Positions 40,057 through 47,844 of a DNA stretch of 64,000 bases are shown here, piece by piece (positions within the stretch are counted from its first letter, which is position 1; the number at the start of each line of letters is the position of its first letter). This DNA comes from Thermodesulfobacteriota bacterium. Its GTDB lineage: Bacteria; Desulfobacterota; Binatia; Bin18. Under the pieces are notes generated by a model. The model was not told where the DNA came from and searched no databases. It saw only the letters and a program-made list of their open reading frames with translations. Location: NCBI GenBank assembly GCA_964291405.2, contig OZ219926.1:928001-992000 (forward strand). Direction: 5' to 3'. The translations under genes were made by a program, and so were the position numbers.

Positions 40057-40595
40057 GATTGACGCTCCAGGAGCGCGGGCATGCCCGCACTCTGCTCACG
40101 CATGCCCGCCCCGCTATCAACCAGGGCGTTGCCCTGCGCGATCATCATCTGATTGGTGGCGACCCGGCTCTCCTTGTTTCCCTGCATCACCCAGGGGTGA
40201 TAGGCCATAGTGGTCTGTCTTGACAGCAAAAGTCAACCATTTTGGCATGCGTTATAATGCTGATGAGAACAGCGCCCACCCCTTTCCTTTGTCGAAAAAC
40301 AGGGTCGCCCCGGAGCAGCAAGGCCGCGCCCTTGAAGTCCCCATAGAGCGCACCGCCCCCCGGTCGTAGCACACGCGGGGGAATTGTTTGGCGGGTCCTC
40401 GGCGGGGTGGAAGCCCGCAAGCGGCCATCTTGGCCGCGCTCCCAGGAAAAGAAAATAAACAGGCGGGCAAGATGCCCGCGCTCCCAGGCAGGAAAGACTT
40501 GGCACAACGGGACGACGCCCCCCTCACACGGCGACCGCGGTCATGTCACGGGCTTCGACAGTCGGGTCACGCGCTCGAGATCAGTACGCAGCCTT

Positions 40596-40669
40596 GTAGG
40601 TCGGGTTAGCCGCAGGCGGAACCCGACACCTCCGGCTGTGTCGGATTACGCTCCGCTCATCCGACCTAC
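40596..40669. repeat. GTAG-type REPIN (inverted REP doublet)
   Basis: gtaggtcgggttagccgcaggcggaacccgac...gtcggattacgctccgctcatccgacctac; second copy 41552-41625, singlet 43601-43632. Confidence 0.85.
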
Positions 40670-41161
40670 TGCTAGGCCCGCGTTGCGCGGGCTGTGAGCC
40701 CGGTCGGCGCTTGAGCGGTGTAAATTACCAGGCTCGTCCAAACACAGATACATGAACTCAGCAAATGACGAGGCTACCACTTGAGGGCTCTCTCCACCCA
40801 CCATCACGATAGTCCCTTGACCGGTGGAACTGAGATCAATCGCGTAGCCGTGAGACCACAGCAGGTAGTCCGCGAACAGATAGTAGCCCGTATACCCTGC
40901 TGCCCACGGAGCCTCAACTGCTTCCTGCAACGGTCTGACCTCCTCCAGAGGCCAGAACCGGATATGACTCTCGGAGTCCATTTCGTCCAGCTCCATCCCA
41001 TTCACCGCCTCGAAGTAGGCGTGGATATCGGGTCCCAGCCGGGCCTGAAACTTCTCCTCAAATTGTGCGAACTGTTCGGCGGAAACACCTGGCCTGATCT
41101 TCATCCGGGCTTCCTTCCACCGTTGAGTCAACCGGTCTACGGCTTCTTTCGTTTCCATCAC
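40646..41161 (-). CDS. SMI1/KNR4-family immunity protein
   Basis: GVS.E....FE......L..D...YF..VNG, FWPLEEV, FADYL, VASSFAEF; the C-terminus runs into repeats. Confidence 0.8.
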   Translation of the reverse strand: MMETKEAVDRLTQRWKEARMKIRPGVSAEQFAQFEEKFQARLGPDIHAYFEAVNGMELDEMDSESHIRFWPLEEVRPLQEAVEAPWAAGYTGYYLFADYLLWSHGYAIDLSSTGQGTIVMVGGESPQVVASSFAEFMYLCLDEPGNLHRSSADRAHSPRNAGLAVGRMSGA

Positions 41162-41174
41162 ATGGCTCCTTCAT

Positions 41175-41417
41175 TTACCGGAGTTGGGAGGACAGCCTGT
41201 CTATAATCCCTATCCTCTTTTTCTGGACTCCGGTTGTATCCCTGCCCTTAGCGATGGCATCCTCGGCAATTTTTCTGTATCGCTCAAGTGCGTCACTCGT
41301 CACGCCCTCAGGAATTTCAATCGTATCACGTCCGAGCATATCTTCCGCACCTTTTAGACCTTGACCGAACAATTTTCGTAGACCCTCATTTTCTTCTGGA
41401 GTAAACTTTTCACCCAT
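41175..41417 (-). CDS. Hypothetical protein, possible orphan polymorphic-toxin C-terminal domain
   Basis: 80-aa, lower-GC ORF directly upstream of the SMI1/KNR4 gene. Confidence 0.5.
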   Translation of the reverse strand: MGEKFTPEENEGLRKLFGQGLKGAEDMLGRDTIEIPEGVTSDALERYRKIAEDAIAKGRDTTGVQKKRIGIIDRLSSQLR

Positions 41418-41551
41418 CTCAATCCTGATTTGTACGACTGGTCTAGCGGGCCATGCCACATGAGCACGAAGCGGATACTCCTGTCAATAGGAATCAACCC
41501 CCTGAAAAAACTCATCTTTTTGCCAAATTCCATCGGTGTTCTGTGAGCCTT

Positions 41552-41625
41552 GTAGGTCGGGTTAGCCGCAGGCGTAACCCGACACCTCCGGCCGTGTCGG
41601 ATTACGCTCCGCTCATCTGACCTAC
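41552..41625. repeat. GTAG-type REPIN
   Basis: Near-identical to 40596-40669. Confidence 0.85.
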
Positions 41626-41819
41626 TGCTGGAGCAATTTGGGCAGCGTCACAATCACCCCACCCTGGGCAATCAGCGCCCCCACCATCCACTTGAGCAAA
41701 TCGGCCTTGACCTCGGCGATATCCCGTTGGATCGCAGCGACATCGGCTCGGGTGGCCAGGTTGGAATTGAGCAGGCTCACCACGAACCGATGGGTGTCAA
41801 ACGCGATCGCTTCGGACAT
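41622..41819 (-). CDS. Short DUF1640 paralog with a 20-codon head deletion
   Basis: MSEAIAFDTHRFV joined to VSLLNSNLAT; compare 52728-53345. Confidence 0.7.
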   Translation of the reverse strand: MSEAIAFDTHRFVVSLLNSNLATRADVAAIQRDIAEVKADLLKWMVGALIAQGGVIVTLPKLLQQ

Positions 41820-42207
41820 GGGACGAGACTATAGCGTAGTCCACCCGAGCGGGGCAGGTCCGGAGGCGGCCTTTCGGCATCTGAGGAGAAAAAACCATCC
41901 CCTCCTTGGAGGAGTGGCCCAAAGCTCTCGTAGGGTGCGCCCTGCGCACCAGGAAGCTGGTGCATGGGATGCACCCTACGGAAGGGAACGGCGGGCTATA
42001 CGGAATCGTGAATTGCTCTGGCCAGACGCGCGAGCACGGCGGACAAAGCCGCCCCCATTGGAGGGCGGCCAGCCTGGCCGCTTGCGGGCTGGAAGCCCGC
42101 ACTCCCAGGAGGGGATGGGAAAGGAGGTGATATGATTCGCACAGATGGGGTTGGGAGGTCACTCCCCTATGAATCTCGGGACGAGCACGGGGACAAAGGT
42201 TTCAGTT

Positions 42208-42465
42208 TTAGGGGGCAGTCCGCTCGATCAGCGCCTTTAAGGCCAGCATATTCTCTTCATGCTGCTGGTCACGGTGGCGCGCGCTCTGGCGCATGAGCTT
42301 CAAGCCCCAGGCAATCAGAGCGCATTGTATCAAGCCCACCACCCCAGCCACCCCGGCCTGCACATAGGTCGCTGTCAAGCTGGACTGCTGGTGGACGAGG
42401 GAAGCGTTCTGGTAGGCGATGGTGGCTTCTTGAAAAGCGATGGTGGCGGCTTCAAGCTCCGTCAT
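42208..42465 (-). CDS. Small single-TM coiled-coil peptide (MTxYETA family, divergent copy)
   Basis: ATYVQAGVA..GL.QC.LI..GL..M...H.E.M.AL..LI.RTAP shared with paralogs; RBS ggagga. Confidence 0.75.
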   Translation of the reverse strand: MTELEAATIAFQEATIAYQNASLVHQQSSLTATYVQAGVAGVVGLIQCALIAWGLKLMRQSARHRDQQHEENMLALKALIERTAP

Positions 42466-42550
42466 GGTTTCGTTTCTCCTCCTCGTCCTTCGTGTCAAGA
42501 TTGTCGGGCTATGGGAGTGGCCTCATGAGGCAGTGCAGCATCAAATGGGG

Positions 42551-42829
42551 CTACTGCCTGGAGGGGGCGGTGCGGCGGATGAGTTCCGTGAGGGCCGTCA
42601 TGCTGGCTTCGTGCTGGGTCTTCAGGGCGGTCATGGTTTCGTCGTGTTGGGCTTTCCGCTCGGCAGAGGCTTCCCCCATCCGCCGTAAGCCCACGTCAAT
42701 CAACCCACATTGCAGCCCCCCGATGACCAGGGCCACCCCGGCCTGCACATAGGTCGCCCAGACGCTTGCGCGGCCAATCTCCACGCTCACCTGTTGGAGC
42801 GTTAAACTCGCGGTTTCGTAGTCCGTCAT
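42551..42829 (-). CDS. Small single-TM coiled-coil peptide (MTDYETASL family)
   Basis: Close paralog of 47443-47706 with a 7-aa indel. Confidence 0.8.
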   Translation of the reverse strand: MTDYETASLTLQQVSVEIGRASVWATYVQAGVALVIGGLQCGLIDVGLRRMGEASAERKAQHDETMTALKTQHEASMTALTELIRRTAPSRQ

Positions 42830-42859
42830 GGGCCTTTCTCCAAGGTGAATCTTCCACCC

Positions 42860-42888
42860 ACCCTAGCCCACGGGCAACGGAAAAGCAA
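42860..42888 (-). promoter_or_regulatory. Sigma70-like promoter TTGCTT-N17-TAGGGT (copy 1 of 3)
   Basis: Hexamers and 17-bp spacing are identical in three copies while the spacer sequence varies. Confidence 0.65.
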
Positions 42889-42968
42889 TTTGCTGCCTGG
42901 GAGCGCGGCCAGCCTGGCCCCCTTCGACAAGCTCAGGACAGGCCTCCCAGGAGGGGATGGGGAAGGAC

Positions 42969-43002
42969 AAAAAAAGAGGCAAGGGTTTTAGCCCTGGCCG
43001 CC
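42969..43002 (-). terminator. Degenerate copy of the shared intrinsic terminator
   Basis: aaaaaaagaggcaaggg...ccctggcc resembles 47780-47814. Confidence 0.55.
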
Positions 43003-43059
43003 TGTTGACCGAGCCGGGTGAGGGAGGTTATTGCTTCCGGTATATCTCTCTCCGGTGCC

Positions 43060-43247
43060 CGATAGTCTCCAGAGCGAACACGATAAATGGGAGGGCGTCC
43101 ACTCTGTTGCCCGCGTAATTTGAGGTGTCTCGTGTTTGTGTTCAGCAAAGCCTCAATTTTCTTGACCATACGAATTTATGCTTTTCGGGGAAGCTTGGCC
43201 AAATTTTTCAGCGCGGTCTCATCGTACCCAATCTGAGAGACATCCAT
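43060..43247 (-). pseudogene. RelE/ParE toxin with internal stop and truncated end
   Basis: MDVSQIGYDETALKNLAKLPRKA*IRMVKKIEAL...KLRG...IYRVRSGDYR. Confidence 0.75.
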
Positions 43248-43475
43248 TTAAGAATCGAGGATTTTGCGGAGTGCTTCGTCCAAAGCCGCGCCGGAAATAA
43301 CGGAGGAGCGGCCTGCTTCTATATCCCGCAACCGTTTTTCTGCAATTCTCAGGTCTGCCATGTCCTCTTTTGCTCTTTCAGATTCGACAATCCTGCGCCG
43401 TGCATGACCCCGCCTCCCTTCCAGCATACCCAGTGCGGATATGCTTTCTACGCTGTTCGCCTTTTCGTCGGCCAT
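43248..43475 (-). CDS. Putative RelB-like antitoxin
   Basis: EDMADLRIAEKRLRDIEAG..VIS; abuts the relE pseudogene. Confidence 0.65.
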   Translation of the reverse strand: MADEKANSVESISALGMLEGRRGHARRRIVESERAKEDMADLRIAEKRLRDIEAGRSSVISGAALDEALRKILDS

Positions 43476-43661
43476 CGGTATCCTCCTGCTCTTTTCGTCC
43501 CCCCGCGGAGTTTTGACATTATCCTTGTTGATACAAATCTAGGGGGCGTAGGAGGGCCGTGTCAAGAGATGCTGGGGGTCCATAGGACAAAACCAGCCGT
43601 GTAGGTCGGGTGAGCCGCAGGCGTAACCCGACCTCCTGCTATTTCAGGGCCAGAAAGACCG

Positions 43662-43825
43662 CTAGAGCGGGTTACGATACGTTGGAGCCTTCGTCAGGCC
43701 GGACCCCGGATCATGTCCGGGGCAGGCTTTGATCCGGCAGCCAGCGGCCGGGGGGGGGCGGGAGACCTGGATTCCTGTTTTCACAGGAATGACGGGCGGC
43801 TACACAGCATCGCCATTTGCGCTAG
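43662..43825. mobile_element. CTAG-bounded MITE
   Basis: ctagagcgggttacgat...ggctacacagcatcgccatttgcgctag; similar to 54558-54728; its right CTAG coincides with the stop of the adjacent ORF. Confidence 0.75.
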
Positions 43826-44034
43826 TGGTCTTCTCTATGGATCAAGCTACTCATCTGCCCTTTGAGTTCTCCTACGTCGTGGGTGAGCGTCAGCAGAGTA
43901 TTATTCATGGTGTCGAATTTCCGATCTATGGCTTCAATCTTCTTTTCCATTTTGGAGTCAAGTTGCCACCAGACGGTAGCCAGGGCTCCAAGATTGATAA
44001 TAAGCGGGGCCGCGGTGGTCCAACTGATCTCCAC
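43822..44034 (-). CDS. Small N-terminal-TM coiled-coil protein
   Basis: Hydrophobic N-terminus then heptads ending in ELKG; RBS gaggag; shared promoter upstream. Confidence 0.65.
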   Translation of the reverse strand: MEISWTTAAPLIINLGALATVWWQLDSKMEKKIEAIDRKFDTMNNTLLTLTHDVGELKGQMSSLIHREDH

Positions 44035-44080
44035 AATCTCCTCTCCGTGTATCGCTTCCGGTCTCTAACGGGTAGCTTCC

Positions 44081-44109
44081 ACCCTAGCGGACGGGCGGGG
44101 GAAAAGCAA
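44081..44109 (-). promoter_or_regulatory. TTGCTT-N17-TAGGGT promoter (copy 2)
   Basis: Same as 42860; its -35 overlaps a MITE-like terminus (ctagagcaaatt). Confidence 0.65.
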
Positions 44110-44132
44110 TTTGCTCTAGATGCCTGAAAACA

Positions 44133-44288
44133 CTAGAGCAAAATTCACATGAGTGTAGCGTCCACCGGCCTCCGCGCGTTGCCCGATACGTAGGGTGCGC
44201 CCTGCGCACCGGGGAAAGGTGGTGCATGGGATGCACCCGACGGAACTCTGGAGAGCACCGCGCTACACCACGGTGGAAACTGCTCTAG
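44133..44288. mobile_element. CTAG-bounded MITE carrying a GTAGGGTGCG REP doublet
   Basis: ctagagcaaaattcacatgagtgtagcg...cgctacaccacggtggaaactgctctag. Confidence 0.7.
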
Positions 44289-44358
44289 GCCCGCGTTGCG
44301 CGGGCTGTGAGCCCGAGTGGCGCTTGAACGGTGTAAATGATCAGGGATGGGGAAGGAC

Positions 44359-44393
44359 AAAAAAAGGCGGCACGGACCGAAACCCGTGCCGCC
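44359..44393 (-). terminator. Shared intrinsic terminator copy
   Basis: ggcggcacgg/ccgtgccgcc stem with poly-T on the minus strand; part of a roughly 125-bp repeat with 47369-47492. Confidence 0.75.
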
Positions 44394-44429
44394 TGGTGTG
44401 AGTGCCGTGTTCCGGGGAGAGCCGGGTGT

Positions 44430-44522
44430 TTATGAACGCGGGGCGGTGCGGCGGATGAGTTCGGTGAGGGCCGTCATGCTCTCCAGGGCCAGCACCGCCC
44501 GCAGGGCCAGTTCCTCGTTCAT
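44430..44522 (-). CDS. 30-aa chimeric peptide ending in the MTDYETA-family tail
   Basis: MNEELALRAVLALE fused to SMTALTELIRRTAPRS*. Confidence 0.45.
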   Translation of the reverse strand: MNEELALRAVLALESMTALTELIRRTAPRS

Positions 44523-44560
44523 TGCGACTCTTCTCTTCGTCCTGCCTGACAATCACACAC

Positions 44561-44592
44561 AAAAAAGAGGCAAGGGCCGCAACCCTTGCCGC
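44561..44592 (-). terminator. Shared intrinsic terminator copy
   Basis: aaaaaagaggcaagggccgcaacccttgcc, near-identical to 47780-47814. Confidence 0.75.
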
Positions 44593-44736
44593 CGGGTATG
44601 AGAGCCGAGCGCCATGTAGCAACTCAGGGCTGTTGACCGCGCTCCAGGAGCGCGCGAATTCCGGCACTCTGCTCGCTTTGCGCGGCCCGTTGCGCCCGAG
44701 AGAGTTCCAAAGGAGGGGATACACAGTCAGATGCAG

Positions 44737-44766
44737 CAAGGCCGGCTGAGTACTCAGCCGGCCTTG
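44737..44766. repeat. Perfect 30-bp palindrome downstream of the secreted repeat protein
   Basis: caaggccggctgagtactcagccggccttg. Confidence 0.7.
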
Positions 44767-44836
44767 GTTTATGCCAGAGGAAAGGGACAGGCCTCTTTGC
44801 CTCTTTGTAGAGGAGAGCGGCCTGCCCCCGAAGGGT

Positions 44837-44880
44837 TTATCCGGCGTCTTCGATGACGAAGTTCTGGGTGCTCTGTTCCC
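44837..44880 (-). repeat. Orphan diverged 3' tail of the upstream gene (EQSTQNFVIEDAG*)
   Basis: 33/41 identical to 44911-44951, with differences mostly at third codon positions. Confidence 0.85.
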
Positions 44881-44895
44881 TGCTGAAACGCCTCG

Positions 44896-47133
44896 TCACT
44901 GACTGACAGGCCCTGCGTCGATAATCACGAAGTTCTGCGTGCTCTGTTCCCACTCCAGGATCGTGGCTTCCCCAAGATCAGGAAAATCGTCCACGCGGCA
45001 CTCAGTACCCAGCAAGTCCTCGTCTCGCAGGAATCTATCGTCATCGTTGACGGCGAAGGTCGTCAGATGGACGACGTTAAAAGTCTGCGCCGCGCCAATC
45101 AGTTCCTCACCGTCCGCAAAGGCTCGCATCGTGTACTCGCCCTCACGCAGATGATTGAAGTTGTACGTCATTCCAAACCCGGTATTGGGGTCGTTATGCC
45201 GACACTGCCCGACCGTATCGGGCCGGCTCGTTCCGTAGGCGACCGCAAGGGTCACCGGCGAGGAGCCCTGGCGGTCGTTAGAAGAAATGACGACCTCAAC
45301 CTCGTTGGCCGAACACGCCCAGCCCGAGATGATGCCAATGCCGCTTCTGAACCCACCACCGGAGGGATTCTCCAATGCGCCCGTCGCATCAACCGGGAGC
45401 ATCTCTGGCTCCGGGCACTCCGGCGGGTCAACCGGATCTGTCGGTGTCACCGAATCCACCTCTGCTTCTATGAAGCTCGTGACCAAATCGTAGGACCCTG
45501 CATCTCGGTCAGTCTGCCCTTTGACTCTCAAAATGTACCGCCCTGGCATGACCGACTGAACAATACGAAAATGATCGTTGTCATCGTCGATAGCGGAGTT
45601 CTGCGCAATCAACTGGCCATCCGCTCCCTCAAGAAACCCCCGTGAGTCCAGGGCTGCTGACGCGTTCGTTGGATTTCGTGCCTCTATGCTCAACGTCCCC
45701 GCCTTGGTGACGTTGATCACGTAGTACCGCGTTCCCCTTGCCGCTATTTCTTGATCCGTTTCCCATACGTCAGTAGCCTCAGTAATGGGACGAACTATAG
45801 CTTCAGCGGCTTGTAGTGACACCTCCAAAGTATAATCTCCCGTAGAGCTTCGCCCCTCTACCTGTACAATATAGCGCCTCTTCCATTCCTCACTACCATC
45901 AACATAAACCGGCACGTTAATCTCGAAATTGGTCGTAGAAGGTGCGTCCTCCGTCTGCCTTTCGCTACTCGGCCAATACAGCGTTCCTCTTGTCTGCGTG
46001 TTCCCCGTCGTCTGCACGGTCAGGTGTCCCTTTTGGTCTGCGACGCCGGCCAAAAACCAAAAGTAATCGTCCTGAGTATTCGATCCAACGTTGCCATCAA
46101 CCATACCATCATCAGTAATAGAAACGGTACCAACCGGCGTCGCAACTTTGAAGTCCACTACCAAGCGGTATAATCCTGTCTCGAATTCATCTCCCCCGGA
46201 CACCTCGACAGTGTATTCTCCAGCATTGACCGGCACGTCCATCTGAAAATTTCCCCCGGAGCCACCGTCTTTGGCCGTCGCAATTGCGGTTGTTCCCGAG
46301 AGGAGAGTTCCTGTCGTGTCTGTGCTTCCTGTCGTTCGTGCAGTCAGGAGTCCAACTGTATCAGTCCCGACGACATAAAATGCGTGCTCTATGAAATCTC
46401 CCGCTCCAATATCGCCATCGGACGAGGGATTATCTTCATTAGGCATCACGCCCTCGAATGCCACTTCTATACTTGTAGAAGTGATTGCTCCAGCCGTGTT
46501 AATAGCCACTCTATCACCATTGGTATCATCTTCACCGTCACGGACTGTCCGGCTCTCTATCACAGCGTAATAGGTTCCCGGCGAAGCCTGCTCCGCCACA
46601 AGCTCCGTGGGGCTCTGGACATTGACAACATCCGGGGTACCTGGAGAGTTCCGATTTTGTGTGATGGTATATCCGAAACGGTCAACCGTGCTCGTGCTGC
46701 TCCGGCAGAGAATCCCTCCACTCACCGGGCTTCCCTGATCCGTACTCACGGTCAGGCGCCCCGCTGTATTTTCGGGGACTACGATCCTGACAATCGCCCT
46801 ATAATAGGTTGCGGCCTGAGTCTCGGTCCCCTGACTATCCGTCTTTCGATCGGTGAGCATTACAACGTCATTATCAGTAAGGGCGACAGAGAAACCGTCT
46901 GTAAGCGTCCTGTCGTAACGAAGGGCGGGCTTTACTGGATATTTTTCATCGTCCATCAGGGTAACCGGCGTCGTCCCGTCACTCTCGAACTTGTCAGCGA
47001 TAAAGTCACTACTAGTCTGGCAGCTAGGAAAGGTCTGCGCCTGAACAGGCCGGGCGGCCAGCAATGCCCATAGTGCGAGGACTGAGAAAACAACTAGGAA
47101 CGGACCGATTTTTGTCTCTAATAATGTGTGCAT
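44896..47133 (-). CDS. Secreted surface protein with PPC-like beta-sandwich repeats and a distinct C-terminal domain
   Basis: Signal peptide (..VQA); repeated G.LTV.TTG.T.T.G.L..NF.I..G.Y.V.V.G; Pro-rich linker; C-domain ALENP..SGIGIISGWAC..YGTSRPDT..WEQSTQNFVI. Confidence 0.75.
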   Translation of the reverse strand: MHTLLETKIGPFLVVFSVLALWALLAARPVQAQTFPSCQTSSDFIADKFESDGTTPVTLMDDEKYPVKPALRYDRTLTDGFSVALTDNDVVMLTDRKTDSQGTETQAATYYRAIVRIVVPENTAGRLTVSTDQGSPVSGGILCRSSTSTVDRFGYTITQNRNSPGTPDVVNVQSPTELVAEQASPGTYYAVIESRTVRDGEDDTNGDRVAINTAGAITSTSIEVAFEGVMPNEDNPSSDGDIGAGDFIEHAFYVVGTDTVGLLTARTTGSTDTTGTLLSGTTAIATAKDGGSGGNFQMDVPVNAGEYTVEVSGGDEFETGLYRLVVDFKVATPVGTVSITDDGMVDGNVGSNTQDDYFWFLAGVADQKGHLTVQTTGNTQTRGTLYWPSSERQTEDAPSTTNFEINVPVYVDGSEEWKRRYIVQVEGRSSTGDYTLEVSLQAAEAIVRPITEATDVWETDQEIAARGTRYYVINVTKAGTLSIEARNPTNASAALDSRGFLEGADGQLIAQNSAIDDDNDHFRIVQSVMPGRYILRVKGQTDRDAGSYDLVTSFIEAEVDSVTPTDPVDPPECPEPEMLPVDATGALENPSGGGFRSGIGIISGWACSANEVEVVISSNDRQGSSPVTLAVAYGTSRPDTVGQCRHNDPNTGFGMTYNFNHLREGEYTMRAFADGEELIGAAQTFNVVHLTTFAVNDDDRFLRDEDLLGTECRVDDFPDLGEATILEWEQSTQNFVIIDAGPVSQ

Positions 47134-47371
47134 TCTCTCCCCCTCATTCCTCGGTGATAGACGTTCTTGCCACATACATTTTTCCCTACTTCCATAATTT
47201 TAGAAAGTACCAGAGCATCTATCAGTTCGTCAACTAAGTTGGGCAGAGAGCATGGCCCACCACAACGGAAAAGTCAACGCGGGTGAGGCTGATGTGCCAG
47301 TTATGCCAGCCATTAAAAAAGGAATAGGGATGATGACATGTGAATACTGTCATTGTCGTTGGCAAGCAGAC

Positions 47372-47406
47372 AAAAAAAAGAGGCACGGGCCGCAACCCGT
47401 GCTTCC
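47372..47406 (-). terminator. Shared intrinsic terminator copy
   Basis: aaaaaaaagaggcacgggccgcaacccgtgcttc. Confidence 0.75.
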
Positions 47407-47442
47407 TGCTGTGAGCGCCGTTTTCCGGGTGGAGCCGGGTGT

Positions 47443-47706
47443 TTATGAACGTGGGGCGGTGCGGCGGATGAGTTCGGTGAGGGCCGTCATGCTGGCTGCG
47501 TGCTGGGCCATGTTTTCGTCGTGTTGGGCTTTCCGCTCGGCAGAGGCTTCCCCCATTCGCCGCAGACCCACAGAAATCAAGCCGCATTGCGCCAGCCCGA
47601 TGACCAAGGCCACCCCGGCCTGCACATAGGTCGCCCACACGCTCGCGCGACCGATCTCCACGCCCGCCTGTTGGAGCGCCAAACTCGCGGTTTCATAGTC
47701 CGTCAT
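47443..47706 (-). CDS. Small single-TM coiled-coil peptide (MTDYETASL family)
   Basis: 87 aa; has its own promoter and terminator. Confidence 0.8.
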   Translation of the reverse strand: MTDYETASLALQQAGVEIGRASVWATYVQAGVALVIGLAQCGLISVGLRRMGEASAERKAQHDENMAQHAASMTALTELIRRTAPRS

Positions 47707-47734
47707 GGACCTGCCTTTTCCAGAAAGTGTACCC

Positions 47735-47763
47735 ACCCTAGCGGACGGACGACGGAAAAGCAA
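47735..47763 (-). promoter_or_regulatory. TTGCTT-N17-TAGGGT promoter (copy 3)
   Basis: Same as 42860. Confidence 0.65.
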
Positions 47764-47779
47764 TTTTCTCGGAGATCAC

Positions 47780-47814
47780 AAAAAAAAAGAGGCAAGGGCC
47801 GAAACCCTTGCCTC
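47780..47814 (-). terminator. Intrinsic terminator of the putative S-layer gene
   Basis: gaggcaaggg/cccttgcctc 10-bp stem with T9 on the minus strand, 30 nt after the stop. Confidence 0.85.
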
Positions 47815-47844
47815 CTGTTGTTAGAGCCGTGTTATGGGGTGATG

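Noticed and set aside
40600-44600. Integron cassette array
   Set aside because: No integrase and no convincing RYYYAAC...GTTRRRY attC sites; the spacers are REP, MITE, promoter and terminator modules
44837-44951. DGR template/variable repeat pair
   Set aside because: Mismatches are not adenine-specific, the repeat is short, and no reverse transcriptase is present
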